Notes: a model not told the origin generated them from the letters alone. Shown: positions 24,414 through 38,158, counted from the whole stretch's first letter. The stretch: 63,028 nucleotides of DNA, filler included, from Ministeria vibrans ATCC 50519 (GCA_943704425.1; 10 parts of 10 records of this genome joined end to end with filler, not necessarily neighbours in it); one strand, 5' to 3'. Program-made: numbers and translations.

Positions 24414-25429
24414 TCATTTCTCCATCGATTGCACTCGGTAAAGATCGTCTCTGCGCTGAACCCACACGGGAATGGCCGTGCGCACCTCATGGATGGGTCC
24501 CTCTTCAGTGAGGTTGATGTCAGCCGTGATGGTCGTAGGTGCTGCGTCAGCCGCACTGAGCACTGCGCCCCACGGCGACACCACCGTGCTGTGGCCCCAC
24601 GCCACGTAGTCTGCCTGCTCGTCCCTTGCTGGCGACGTCCCGGCCACGTACACTTGGTTGTCAACTGCACGCGCGCGTAGAAGTAGCTCCCAGTGCAGCG
24701 GACCCGTCGTCATGTTGAACGCCCCCGGAAAGAACAGCTATAAAACACACGGAGGATCACAGCGCGTACAGTTCTCCTCCATCCTTACCATTTTGGCACC
24801 CGCTTTGGTGCACAACTGTGACAATTCGGGAAAGCGTACGTCGTAGCAGATGGCCACAGCCATTTTGCCAAACTCTGTGTCAAACGTAGTCAGTTGGGAG
24901 CCGGCCGTGAGCGTCTCAGACTCTTGGAATCGGATCTTGCCGGGCACGTCAATGTCAAACAAGTGCACTTTGCGGTGCTTAGCAATCATATCGCCCGTCG
25001 GCGCAAACACCGTCGCCGTATTGAACAAACGGTCGCCGTCGCGTTCAGGAATGGACCCTGAAGATGCAAGGCAGTCGTGAGCACGTCGGGAGAACAGCAA
25101 ACCAAAACATCAAGTCATTGCTCTACCGCCAACAATGTACAGCTTCAATTCACGCGCCAGGTCGCCCAGCGCCTGGGTCGACGGACCCGGGATGTTCTCG
25201 GCATAATCAGCAAAGTATTTCGTGCCATACGGTGAATTGAAGCACTCGGGAAGCGCAACAACGCGCGCACCGTCGGACGCAGCACTCTGCAACACACAAC
25301 AACACACGGCGTTGACACATCCACGACAAACACAGCAAGACGACTTACGCGGATCGCCGCAACTGCACTGGCCAGGTTGGCCGCCTTATCTGCAGTGACG
25401 GCAAGTTGACAACAAGCCAGACGGAACAT
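24414..25429 (-). CDS. NIT2: Omega-amidase (nitrilase family)
   Basis: [68 protein letters not shown]. Confidence 0.95.
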
Positions 25430-25615
25430 TGAAGGTGAGCGAATAATAATGGGATGTATTGGGACATGATGAATACGATATTTTTGACAGAATGACTCAA
25501 TCTTTTACTTTGATGTCGGCTGCTGAGGTGTGTGATACAGCGTGGCGCTCGTAAAGAGTTGAGCACTTTCCCAAACCCTAAATGCTTTGTTTTTTGTTGC
25601 GTTTGTGGCTGTGCA

Positions 25616-26209
25616 GAAGAAGAAGGCGGCTGCCAAGGAGAAGCGACAGCGACAGAAAGAGGTAAATGCGCGCGCAACAAAACACGCTGCTGAACGATCT
25701 CTGCTAGCTTGCTGCACAGCTGCAGGAACGCCGCCAGCGGGTCACGAATGCGAATGCCGTAAGGAACAGAGCACACTGTGGGATGCAGCGCCGCCTCCCG
25801 TGCGGCTGTGACCCTTCTTCTGTCGTTGTGTGTAGCGGGTCGACGACATGGCACTGCTTGCGTCTGGGTTTCGCACGTACGACGCGAAGGGCCTCAGCCT
25901 TGTTGTCAGCGGCTGCCGAGCTGGAGACATTGCCAAGGCCGAGATGGACGTCATCGTGGAGCTGACGCGGCACAACATGCAGGAGCTGTACGAGGCGTCG
26001 ACGTGGGGCTGGGACGCACGCAAGAAGCGCGACGAGCTGTGCGACGACGATGCGCGCTACGTGCTGGCACGCGACGCCTCGACAAACGCACTGGTTGCCT
26101 TTGTCCACTACCGCTTCATGATGGACTCGGATGACGACCAAGCAGTGGTCTACTGGTATGAAAAGCAACTTCAAAGTAGATGCAATACGCACTATAGCCC
26201 CGCTCCCTG

Positions 26210-26240
<31 letters not shown>

Positions 26241-26561
26241 AGTTATGAGGTTCAGGTGGATTCGGCAGTGCAGAAGAAGGGAGTGGGGCGCTACCTTATG
26301 AAGCTGACCGAGATGATTGGTTTCTTCGCGCACATGGCGCTCATTCGTCTGACTGTCTTCATTGCCAATTCAGCCGCTCGTCAGTTTTACCGGTCACTCA
26401 AGTACACAGAAATGGCGCTCAATCACATTCTGTGTGGGTTGTGAACTGTACTTTTGTTTTGTAGGTATTCTGTCGACGATATCTCTCCAGAATCAGTCGA
26501 GTGTGACTTTGAGATTCTCAGCAAAAGTTACAAAAGAAGACAAAAAGACGATAATGAATGA
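25616..26561 (+). CDS. NAA40: N-alpha-acetyltransferase 40 (NatD); start codon lies slightly upstream and is uncertain
   Basis: NMQELYEASTWGWD..KK.EL...ARY, AFVHYRF, YEVQV...KGVGRYLM, LTVF, FEILSK. Confidence 0.9.
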
Positions 26562-26640
26562 AATTTGTAGTAGAATTGACTACGAATATTGAATAATGAT
26601 AATGATAGTAAATAATCATATGTAATAGAAAGTTTGCTTG

Positions 26641-27293
26641 TCATGAGATGACACCATTGCCGTACTTGTACAAGACAATGTCACCGTTGTTCGCTGTCCA
26701 TTCGTTCCAGATGCGCCCCACCAACGCAGACTGGAACGTGTTACTGCGGTCCAGCGTCTGCAGACGACGACGCAACTCAACCGCACTCAGCACTTCATCG
26801 CCGTCTCGAAACGCAGCAGGGTTCGTCTTGTCAAGGGCGCGGAGCAGTAACTTCGTCATCTGTGTCGTGCGCCCGTCAAATGTCATGAATGCACTCGCGC
26901 CACTGATGGAGCTCGTGATCATTTGGCGCGAATAGCCCTGGACTAGCGTTGTGCTCTCGTTCATCGTCAGCTCCTCGTCGGGTCGGATCAGCGCACCGCT
27001 GTTGCAGAAGTCGCAAACAAGAAGGATGTTGCAGCCGGTCCAGGATGCTTCCTCTTGCAGGATGCCGCCGAGGGTAAGGAGACCGAGGCGGCTCACAGGA
27101 CCGAGAGACGACTTCCTCGCATCGCTCAGCAGCAACCCGCCCTTGCCGTCCTCCACACCATGGCCAATCAGATGCACGATCAAAAGCGAGTCCTTCCCCG
27201 CACGTTCAGTCGCCTTTTGAGCCAGGTCAAACGCGGCAGCGGCGATCTCGACCTTGGTCACACGCTGTCCTTTCTGCTCGTCCACCACCGTCT
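26641..27293 (-). CDS. Caspase-like (peptidase C14) domain, intronless, 5' truncated by linker
   Basis: His-Cys dyad contexts LIVHLIGHG and LLVCDFCNSG; TQMTKLLLRAL helix. Confidence 0.75.
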
Positions 27294-27393
27294 NNNNNNN
27301 NNNNNNNNNNNNNNNNNNNNNNNNNNNNNNNNNNNNNTTAATTAATTAANNNNNNNNNNNNNNNNNNNNNNNNNNNNNNNNNNNNNNNNNNNN

Positions 27394-28690
27394 TGACCAG
27401 ACTCCCGAACGACCTTGCCCTGGTGCACATGGCCCGACATCGCACGCCACAGTCGATCACGTTGCACGTCCTTCAACAGTCGTTTTGCATTATGATCCTG
27501 CAAATCTAGACCGGCAGTAGCACCAGCCCTATCAACAGGCACCTGATTGGCCGCTCCGGCATCCGCGCGCTCCACTCGACGGTCCCGGCCATCGCAACCC
27601 AAGCGAATGCACACGCCACTGATTGGCGTCGACCCCAGTAACGCACACCAGTCCCAACGCATTGCCAGCTCTGCCAAATACTCATTGTTCCCTTCCATAT
27701 TGCCACGCAAACGCTCAAGACCACCGCGAGCAATCCCATCAGCACGCTCGTTCCACTCCTCCTCACGCGTCCGAACACGATCCGTCACATGTGCCTTGAC
27801 GTGCAAAACCTCCGTCTTGGCGTGAAACTCTTCGCGCACCAACAAAACGTCACAGAGCAGACCCAGAGCCATCGGAGAGCACGACCGTGACAACAGCCGC
27901 CGCACACGGCGCGACGACCAAAGAGCCACACGCTCATCCATTGGCTGCAGCAGCCGTACCACTCCATCACGACGCATCTGCCCCATCTCATCAACCGCCT
28001 TGCATAATTCGTTCACCGTGTCCCGAGCAGCGACATTGTCGGTCCAGATGCGCACGCTACAGTCTCTCGCCACAGCCCACAGCGCCATTACAATAGCCAC
28101 CACTTCACCCACATATGAGCTAGAGACCTCAAAGGGAATCTCCATTACCCCCTCCACTGCACCATCACGCACGCTCCACCGACTGGCACCCCACGCACGA
28201 TTGTGAAACACCTCGGGCACCAACATCCGTTGCTGGCGAGGCACCAGCACCCCCGCTGTGGCCATACGCCCGCTCAAATCAAACGACGCGTCCGTCGCCA
28301 TCAGGAGCACACCGGCACCATTGTCAGCCTCAAGCCCATGCGCGTCATTGTTTCTTCCACGTTCAAGCCGGATCACAGCACATTCTGACGGAAGTCCTGC
28401 CCATTCTGGTGCCATCCGGTGCGCTAGTAGCCGCTCCCCACGCGGTCTGGACTGTAGACGCCCGCTCTCGTCGTCAACATGCCAACCGATGTGGTGTATG
28501 TCCACCAACCGGCTCGGCTTGGACGAGCGTACCACGTCATCCTCACCAATCACCACCACAGGACTGAGATCCACTTGAAGGACCTTGGCAATTGCCCTGT
28601 GAGCCACCTTACTGTACCATTTTCCCGGTAGCTTGGCCCACGCCTGCAATCCCCGACGCGCATTAGACCTGACTACCGCCGAGTTCACCT
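27394..28690 (-). mobile_element. Retrotransposon fragment (probably non-LTR) with RNase H domain
   Basis: RNase HI catalytic set ATDAS / SSYVGE / IWTDN / HVKAH / WNERAD in a 1.3-kb intronless ORF. Confidence 0.8.
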
Positions 28691-28820
28691 TGACCGCTGC
28701 TTCCTAACTGAGCATTCTTCACGCCGTGACTCTCACAGCATTTCCTGCAGCCTCGTCAGTAGATGCCGCCTCCAGCTGCAAAGCCGGTTCACATGCTCCT
28801 CTCGCGCGCAACATTGGTTG

Positions 28821-28853
28821 AACCCTAACCCTAACCCTAACTCTTACCCTAAG
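28821..28853. repeat. Interstitial telomere-like (CCCTAA)n; also at 39429-39446, 35433-35513, degenerate at 30778-30830
   Basis: Seen directly. Confidence 0.8.
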
Positions 28854-29599
28854 AACTGCAATCCACGAGACAACGTCGCCACCGACCTGTTAACGAAAGG
28901 TAGACAAAACATATAAGTGTTGATCGTATGGTGGAAAGTGAGTGTGGCGGGTGGAGTGCGTTTCTCGTTTGGTGAGCGTTCGGTTAGAGTTATTTGATCG
29001 TCGGCAGTGCCAACTGCAGGTGACGGCTCTCGAGGACGAGCGCTGCTGCTACGTCCAGTTGACAACCAGACTCTGACTGTTCCGGTGAGCATCCATCTTT
29101 GCATCTGAGACGCCCTTTTCTGCTTTCACTGACAGTATCAGCTTCCGCTCTTGAAAATACACAATGAACAAATTATTATAATTAATAATAATAATAATAA
29201 TACAAGACGTCATTATTATTATTAAGAATGATAATTATTTTTATTTATAATAGTGTGCAGTATAATGTTCGCAGTCATATTGTATGGTGTGCCTTCCAGC
29301 ATGTTTTTTTACACAATGAAAAAGACAAAATAATATGATTATTAAATTTTACACGATCGAGCTAGTCCAAGGTTAGACAGGTCCTTTATTTTATTGGATG
29401 CCAATCTGCGACACTATCTAGCACGAACCAGTGTCGACGACGGCATCGTACATTACTGCCGTTGTCTTTATTTACATTTCATAAGTTATATTATATCAAG
29501 AACAAATGAGCCGGCTGATATGGTTGAGGATAGAAGGCGTGATGTAGGCGTCGAAAATAACAGTCATTATTAATTTTCACGAAACCCGCAAATGTTTTG

Positions 29600-30025
29600 A
29601 TTCACTCCTGCATCACCACCATACACTTTTACTTGCTTTAATAATTTCTGGCAAGCCTTGAAAGCACAATAATATAGTTCCCGTCAAACCACAGAGCTTA
29701 TGGGCAAAAAGTGTATGGGTATTTTGTAAGATGCCGACTATTCTAACGTTGTGTGTACAAAAGGGATTTGGATATATGTACCCGACCTCTCGGGGTCGCA
29801 AAAAATCCGGGGCTGAAAGTCTTAGTCAATAGGGCCAAGTATATTGTTGAGAGTTGTGCACAAGCCTAAGATGGTCAAAACGCTTCTCCTACCACTACTA
29901 ATTGATGTTTGGCTCTTCTAGAGTCAAATTTACCCACTTGAACTCCATTTGAACCCACTTCATTTCTCTAGTCGAGAAACGACGCGATCCCAAGAAATAA
30001 TCTTCACTCTCGAGTCTATACCTCA
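29600..30025 (-). pseudogene. Degenerate spliced gene with multiple in-frame stops
   Basis: Exon-like blocks W*EKRFDHL...WPY*LRL and SRHLTKYPYTFCP*ALWFDGNY; family not established. Confidence 0.3.
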
Positions 30026-30291
30026 CTAAACTCTTTCTAACGCAGAAGTCGAAAGTAGATAAGGGAAATAAAAAATTATTCAGTGACTGTTCAACCAACA
30101 TCCATATCCATCCATCCCCCTTGAGCCCTTTTCCCATTATTATGATCGTCTTTTTTCTCATCTCTTCCTTCCAATCCCTCTGAACTGTCTGACAGATGAC
30201 AGATCAGTGTCCACTGTCCAGTGAGATCACAGATCAGTGGAGATTACTTCTGACAGAGTAGACAGAGTCTGAGATTTCAGAGGTCAGTCAT

Positions 30292-30330
<39 letters not shown>

Positions 30331-30667
30331 ACCCTTCTTACTTGAATGAGACACTGTCTCCACGAATCGTCACGTAAGATATTGCTAAAAAAAAAGCAAA
30401 NNNNNNNNNNNNNNNNNNNNNNNNNNNNNNNNNNNNNNNNNNNNTTAATTAATTAANNNNNNNNNNNNNNNNNNNNNNNNNNNNNNNNNNNNNNNNNNNN
30501 CCTCCTCTCTCTCTCTCTCTCTGTCTCTGTCGTGCTGTAATTATTATTATTGTCATATATATATATCATATGCCGCAAGAATCACTTGTGTATCATTGTG
30601 TTTCTCTCTCGTATGGTTTTTGCTTGTGAGTATTGTAAAATTTGTTTGTGTCTCTTTTTTTTTTAGC

Positions 30668-31070
30668 CCTAATGAAGCAAAATCTTGGCAAAATCCAAGA
30701 GAGCATTCAAGCGGGGATTGCGTGGAGGGGATACGTCATTGGCCGACGAAAGGATGGCCGTCCCATCGCCGCAGAGGTAACCCTAGCCCTACTGGCTCTA
30801 TTGACACGTGTAACCCTTACCCTAATGACATTTTGAAACCCTATTTGAAATCATGTTGAAACCCTATTTCCATAAGTCCCCTTCTTTTATATACCCATTT
30901 ACCCGACACTAAAACTCCCTCTCTATCACGTTGTTTTTTTTCGCTTTCATTTTTAGGTCCATATCAATCCAGTTTTTGGTCCCGATGGCACTCTCATTCA
31001 GTATATCACTACTCGTCGCAATTTTCATCTTCTCTCTCTCTCTCAAAAAGACGAAATTTGCCAAACTTGA
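30668..31070 (+). CDS. PAS/PAC-domain protein, last two exons
   Basis: WRGYVIGRRKDGRPIAAE|VHINPVFGPDGTLIQYI. Confidence 0.75.
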
Positions 31071-31176
31071 CGACCCCCCCCCCCACACACACACACTTCT
31101 ATTTTATATACGATTTCACAATCGCACAAATAAACTTATATCAATATATCAATGTTTTTTATTACTAACGTTTCGT

Positions 31177-31483
31177 TCATTTCCCAATGAATTCTAAATG
31201 TAACGTATTAATCTTACTCACAATTTTCTCCTCAATTTCAAATCCGTTTGCGATTTCTTCCGTGCTCATTCTCAATTCCTATTGGAAACACACACACACA
31301 CAAGTGAATCTCATAGCAGGTAAATAACATATCTTGTGTGTTGTTACTTCTAAAGTGGACCGAGTGACAAAGGAAACGGTTTCCTTTCGCGTTTGGAGCA
31401 AATTCGAAATGACCAACTGATGGCCATACTTCTCCAGAGCAGAACGAGCTTTGGGTAGCAGCACATTCAGATCAGTCTCTAAC
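31177..31483 (-). CDS. PPCS: Phosphopantothenate--cysteine ligase, last two exons
   Basis: LETD...KARSALEKYGHQLVISNLLQTRK; EIEEKIV..I...H..FI*. Confidence 0.88.
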
Positions 31484-32085
31484 TGCACAGAGAGACAGGG
31501 ACGAAAGACAAGAGAGAGCAAGTGAGAGAGACGAGAGACGAGAGAGAGCAAGTGAGAGANNNNNNNNNNNNNNNNNNNNNNNNNNNNNNNNNNNNNNNNN
31601 NNNTTAATTAATTAANNNNNNNNNNNNNNNNNNNNNNNNNNNNNNNNNNNNNNNNNNNNCCTCTCCTTTCCAATAAGAGACCACCTGTTTTGTTTTGAGT
31701 GACTTCCTGTGTGAGTGCGAGTGTGTGTGTGTGTGTGTTCAACCCGTCGTGTTTCAGCCTTTCTCTCGTTGTGACTCAGTCTCTCTCTCCCTCTCATTGC
31801 GGCTCATTGCCTCAGCTTTTTTCTCTATCTCTCTCGCGTTGTCGCTCAGTGTCACTCAATGTCTGTCTGTCTCTCTTTCTCATTGTTGTCTTTAACTTTT
31901 CGTATCTGTTGTCTCTCCTTGTACTCACTGCGGTCTCATCTGTAGCGCGCGATGACTATATGTCTCAGGCCCGATTGCACAAACTTGTCATGTGAGATCG
32001 ATCCGTACGAAATCAGAACCAATAATATTTCAAAAGAAAAGAACAAATCACGTACAATAACAGAAAAAAAAGGGTAAAATCCAAT

Positions 32086-34457
32086 TCACTTGCTCAGTCG
32101 TCGACGTTTGAGAGAAAAGGTCCAAGTGTCGTAGTGGAGCTCAAGAAAGCGCAACTCTATGTAACGCCCTACGGAAAACAAACGCGAAAGGTCAACGCAC
32201 GAGAAAATGAAACGAGAGAAGAGAAACATAATCAAAGTGATAGAAACCACAAAGAAGAAGAGCGCATACCTCTCGTGGCGTCTTCCATTGCCTGTTGATG
32301 GACTCGAATCACACGCATGCGACCACCCTCGGGATTGAGTGCTACACAGATCCATCGTGGGGAGATTGGTGGTGAAAAAAAAGAAAAGTCAAAAAATGGC
32401 TTACGTTGTCCGCCAAGCACAAAGGATGCAATATGGGCACGATCTTCGGGATTGAGCACGTTTGAGTTGGCCAACAACGACCGCAGCTTTTGGACGAGTG
32501 TTGGAGCTGCGTTGGGAAAGGGAGCAAGCAGCTCGCGAGGGACGGGTGTGGAGGTCGGAAGAGGGGCGGTGGTGACGGCAGCAACAGGCGTGGGGGGTGT
32601 AACGGGAGGGATAGCGGAAGACCTCACCACATCACTGGCACTGACGCCAGCGGGACGAGAAGGGGGCGCAGGGGCCGGTGGGCGTACAGCATTGCTGGAG
32701 GAGAACGTGGTAAATGGATGAGGACGCGCACCAGATGCACCGCCACCGCCACCACCACCAGCAGCTGCAGCAGCAGCAACAGCGACTGCAGAAGCCGCGC
32801 TCCTGCCAGTCAAACTGGGCTGCTTGGCCAATGGAGAGTAGGAGCGAGCAGCGGCGACAGCTTCAGCTGTGGCAGCGGATGAGGGAGAGCTAGGCAGTGG
32901 GTGATGTGATGATGGAAGATGAGATCTCGTGGCACGACGGTACAGTCGCCATTTGCGTGTCTTGTAGTCGAGCTCAACAAAGAGCTTGTGAGTCACTACA
33001 AAAAGACACACACATAATCAAAACAAAAGAATGTAATAATGAATAAGGAGTACCTCCGGTGGCAACATTGCACTCAACGTCCAGGAAGATTTCAATCAGT
33101 GATGCGCCCTTGTGAGCTGCACACAAAATGATAAGGAAACAAAATCAAAACAAATTAAAAAAATTAATAATAATAATAATAATAATAATAATTATAAAAA
33201 TATCATAATAATAATAATAATAATAATACTATTATAATAATAATACTTATTATTATTGTTATTTGTAAAGCGTCAATCAAAAACAATAAATATTATTACT
33301 GCTTGGGGCGGTGAAGAAGTTGTGGATGGTGGCGCGGTCGGCGGGTGTGACAGAGTTGCTCTTCTCAAGAACACGACGCTCTTGCACGGACTGAACGGGC
33401 ACAGGCGGTTGGTAGGCGGCGCCGGGCTGACGACTGTACGAGGATGCCGAAGCGCCACTGTACATGTTGCCAGGCGCGTACGTGTTGTTCACACGGCGGC
33501 CCTTGACACCGCCTCGCTGGCGCTGTTTTTGTTGTGTATAGCGATTCGCGTAAGACGCTCCGGTATTCCCGTACGCATTGGCCACATACTCAGTCTCACG
33601 ACGCTTCATTCCGCCTTCGCCAACAGCCTAGACAAGCGCACAAAAAATTACAATAATATCAGAGAGTACTACTTTTTTCCATTTACCAGATTGTCCTTGG
33701 TCGCCTTCACAATGGCAGGGGGCACATGAATGCCCAACACACGCACAGGTTCTACAAAAACGCAGAAAAAAACACACACACAACGGGATGAAACAAAAGC
33801 TCTCACAACATGAAATTTATATTCTCATAAATATGAGAGAGATAAAAGAAGAATAATAACAATTGTTTCGTGTACCATCAACACCATGCTTGCGAACAAG
33901 TGCCAACTGAGTGTACAGCTCCGCCTTTGCCTTTTTCTGATCCTGAAAAGAAAAAGAAAAAAAAAGATTGGAACATCGAACAAAATCCAATATCCAAATC
34001 CAATAGTACCTCCTCGTCGTTTCCCGCAACAACGCTCTTGGCACGAGCAAGCTGTAGAGCACCCTTGATTGCCGCCCAGTAGAAGAGTAGATCGCCCGTG
34101 ATCATATGGTCAACAACAACGCGCAAGCCTTGCCCGCACTTGGCGCCAAACTTGCACAGCATGCCACGCTGCACATGGTAGCATGCGACGCGCGACATTT
34201 CATACTGTTTGTCCCACTCCTTCTGAATGCTCTCTAGTGCCTTGATAGTGTCTGGCTCGACGTCGGTCGGATGATAGCGGCGAATAGAGGGTGCTGACAG
34301 CGTGTTCATCATCGCCGAATACAGCTCGGCAGGGTTAGTGCTAATGTTGGGCGACACCTTGAAGGCGCGTTCGACAGTAACGGGAATGACTGCAAACACA
34401 TAGCGTCGACCGCGCAAGTAGTCCATGTAAAAACCAGCATGTTTGTGGGGATCGGAC
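32086..34457 (-). CDS. SBNO: Strawberry notch-like protein, C-terminal part, with a duplicated tail domain
   Basis: WDKQYEMS...CYH....CKFGAKCGQGLR....MITGDLLFYW, LALVR, VLGIHVP match the SBNO C-terminal pattern. Confidence 0.7.
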
Positions 34458-34690
34458 CTGAACACAATGACACCAGTCGGAGTCACTGTCCTCCTTCTTC
34501 CCCTTCTTGTTTTTGCCCACACTCCCCTTGCTCNNNNNNNNNNNNNNNNNNNNNNNNNNNNNNNNNNNNNNNNNNNNTTAATTAATTAANNNNNNNNNNN
34601 NNNNNNNNNNNNNNNNNNNNNNNNNNNNNNNNNAAGAATAATTATATTTTTTAGTATTCATCCCCCCCTCCCCTTCGTTCCATCGCGCAG

Positions 34691-34847
34691 GTGCTGCCCC
34701 GACTGCAAGATCCCGGGCGACGACTGTCCGCTCGCCATCGGCAAGTGTACGCACTGCTTCCACATCCACTGCATTCTCAAGTGGATCACCCAACCCAATG
34801 TGCGCCCCGCCTGCCCTATGTGTCGCGCAGACTGGGAATTTGCGTAA
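34691..34847 (+). CDS. ANAPC11: APC/C subunit 11 RING-H2, last exon
   Basis: [29 protein letters not shown].....[10 protein letters not shown]. Confidence 0.95.
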
Positions 34848-34983
34848 CAGAGACATCCACTAATGTTCAGCGTTTACTGTACAATAAATAGACAATGTAA
34901 GAATTGACATAATTATAATTGTTTGGTTTGTCATGGTTGTATATAATGATGTGAGAAAATGTAAGTGTTTTTCATTGTTTGTT

Positions 34984-36377
34984 TCATTTTGCGGGATGTG
35001 AGTCGACATTTCGCATTCGCGAGTACGGAAGGGCTGACACGTGCGCATTGAGTCGCACAAGCTGACGCTGCACATACGACTCGGCCAAATCGATCTGCGA
35101 CAGAGCGCTTTCGGGATCTGCTTTGCGTTGGGATCGCACAAACCGACGTCTACACAATAAATGAACATGAGTCATTGTTTTGACCGTGTTTAGGGGAATA
35201 GCGTCTGTATGTACCTCTCACGGAGATTCAGAGCGGTTTTGTAGAGCAGATTGCGCTCAACAATGACACACTAAAGAAAAAAGAGTGTATTTTAATCATA
35301 AAACACAATTTGTATCGTTCCTCTTACGCGCTCAAGATCAGAGTACCACAAATGAACGGTATTCGAAGGCAAATGCTCAGTGGACTTGGGGATCTCCTAA
35401 ATACAATAAAACAAGGAGAAAGAGAGTCAGAATTAACCCTAATGCAAACCCACACAATGTAGCCCTAACGAAAACTCAACCCCCTCACGCAAAAAGCCCA
35501 ACCCTAACCCTAAAGGTATTTCGTACCTGGATATGCACATATCCAGCCTGGAGAAGAGTGTAGAGACACCCCTTGGTGTCACTAAAGGCCATAAGAGCCC
35601 TGTCACCCATGGCACGGTGCTCCATGTACGGATGGATGCTCACCATCATCAGACACCGCGCCACTTCACTCCCAAGCCGGATTCTACACACACACACACG
35701 CACACACACACGCGCGCGCGCGCATGCATACATACACACACAATAAGACTCGCATTGTGTATTTTATGTGTGTTTCGTTACCGGACACTGTTGAACACGT
35801 ACTCTCTCTGGACATACTTCATTGCTTCCCCAATCAACATGAACACCTAATAATCCATGAAATTAAATACACACACACACCGTCTCGTATTCGAATCGTA
35901 AAAAACATACTCGGTTTGAGTCGTCTGAATCTTTCTTCAAAATGCGCTCGTCAGACACATCTTCCGTCATCAGCCGCACTCCACGAGTGATCTCCTCGCG
36001 ACTTAGCCCAGAGTAACTCTGTCAACACACACACACACAAACACACACAAAGAAAAAAAAAAAAAAAGCGAGAGGATTAAATAATTAGTATAGTATACAT
36101 ATGATTATAGTTGACTTGAGAGAACGCGTATTGGTGTTCCCCTTTCTTTCCTTGTCTCTCTCCTCTCTCTCTCTTTCTATCACTTTGTTTCTCTCTCTCT
36201 ATCACTTTGTTTCTTTCTCTCCTCTCTCTCTCTCTCTATCACTTTGTTTCTTTCTCTCCTCTCTCTATCACTTTGTTTCTTTCTCTCCTCTTTCTATCAC
36301 TTTGTTTCTTTCTCTCCTCTCTCTCTCTATATATAATATATATATATAATATATATATATCACTTTGTTTCTTTCTC

Positions 36378-36419
<42 letters not shown>

Positions 36420-36810
36420 CACTTTTGTTTCTTTCTCCTCTCTCTCTCTCTCATTCTTTGTAAGTCTTCTTTCCTATTCACTGTCTAAGTGCCTCTCATT
36501 TTTTCTCTTCTCATTCTCTTTTCTCTTTTTTTCTCTTACTTTGATCATTGCAAAATCCACATTGACTCCAACAGGCATATCGACAGTTTCGCGTGTCTCA
36601 TTGGCAGTGAGCAGTGCAGCAACAATCTTCCCGCAGACGGGATTGTAACGGAGAGCACAGTAGTCACTGAGTGTCTGGTTGCGCAGCAGTTGGTTCAGAC
36701 GGTCCGCACAGAATGTGTAGGTCTCCCCACAGTCCGACACATTCAGTGCTGTAGACCAAAGAGAGTGTATGCGTATGTGCGTGTCAAAGGATTCTCCATC
36801 TTTCGCTCTC

Positions 36811-36847
<37 letters not shown>

Positions 36848-38083
36848 CGCTCATTCTCTTGTTTCTACAGTTCATTTACCTTTGAGCTGTCCTTCTGTGT
36901 CAATTGGCACGCTCACACTCGGCAAAGGACGCATAATGGTCACTTCCTCCCCATCCTCATCATCATCATCATCATCCACCACTCGACGCCGCTTCTTGCG
37001 CGCCGGCCCTTCCTCTTCTTCTTCTTCCCCCTCCTCCTCCGCCGCCCCTCGACCGCTCTTCTGTGCCCGTTTCGCTTTGTGCATTTTGACGCGCTCTGCT
37101 CCTTCAATCTCCTGCGCACACTCTGTGTCTGCCCTGGGGATATTCACTCCCTTCAGTGACTCCTGCATTGCTCCCCCAACATCAAACAGACCTAAGACCC
37201 AGAGAGAGAGAGAGGGAGAAAGAAAAAAAGTGATAGAGAGAGAAAAAAACAAAGTGATAGAGAGAGAGAGAAACAAAGTAATAGAAAGAGAGAGAAAGAT
37301 TAGCGTGACACACACACGTTTACGTGCAAACTGACTTTTCGGCATGGGAGATTTGCCACCCGTGGGTGTTCTCTTGGGCCGCTTTCGCTTCTTCTCCAAA
37401 TCGATTTCACGCTCAACATCGCGCACAGACAACCGATCGCCCAAATCATATCGACTGAGAGTGCGAATGAACCCTCTGCGCGCCAGAAAGCGAAACCCAG
37501 ATACAGCCCGTCCGCGCGCCTCACGCAGACTCATCTCGTCTGTCGTCGCATCGGCTCCTGCGCCTGACTCCATCTCCTGTTGCTGTGGCGATGTCGCATC
37601 TGTTGTGCTGCTCGTGCAAGGTAATTGACTGCCGAGGTGTCGTTCGCGCAGCACTGTGCTCGCTCGATACACCGCCTTTGGCAAAAATGAAAGAGGGGCA
37701 CAGATTGGACAACAGTCAATGTATGTGATTTTTTATCTTATTTTTTTGTTACCTCTTCGTAGGTAAGCATAGAATGAAGAAGAAACTCTTCAAGGACCAC
37801 AGCCTGAAGAGAAACAAAATAATATAATAAAATAAAAATATTATATTAAAATTATATTATATCAAACACGAAAGTGTTAGTGCGTTGTTTCCTTACCGCA
37901 TCTTTGCAAACGACGCCCTCCTCAGTGGTGCCACTGGACTCGATGGCATGGATGAAGAGTGGAAATCGTCCACGTAGACATGCCGCGTAGGGTCGTGCAA
38001 TGAAGCGCGTTGTATTGGTGGGATCGTCGGACTCTGTGATAAAGAGACGTGAGTCAAGCACAAGAACGACACAACAGAAGAAC

Positions 38084-38158
<75 letters not shown>

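Noticed and set aside
26641-28690. Caspase-like domain as part of the retroelement
   Set aside because: Separated by a linker gap; no evidence of real linkage.
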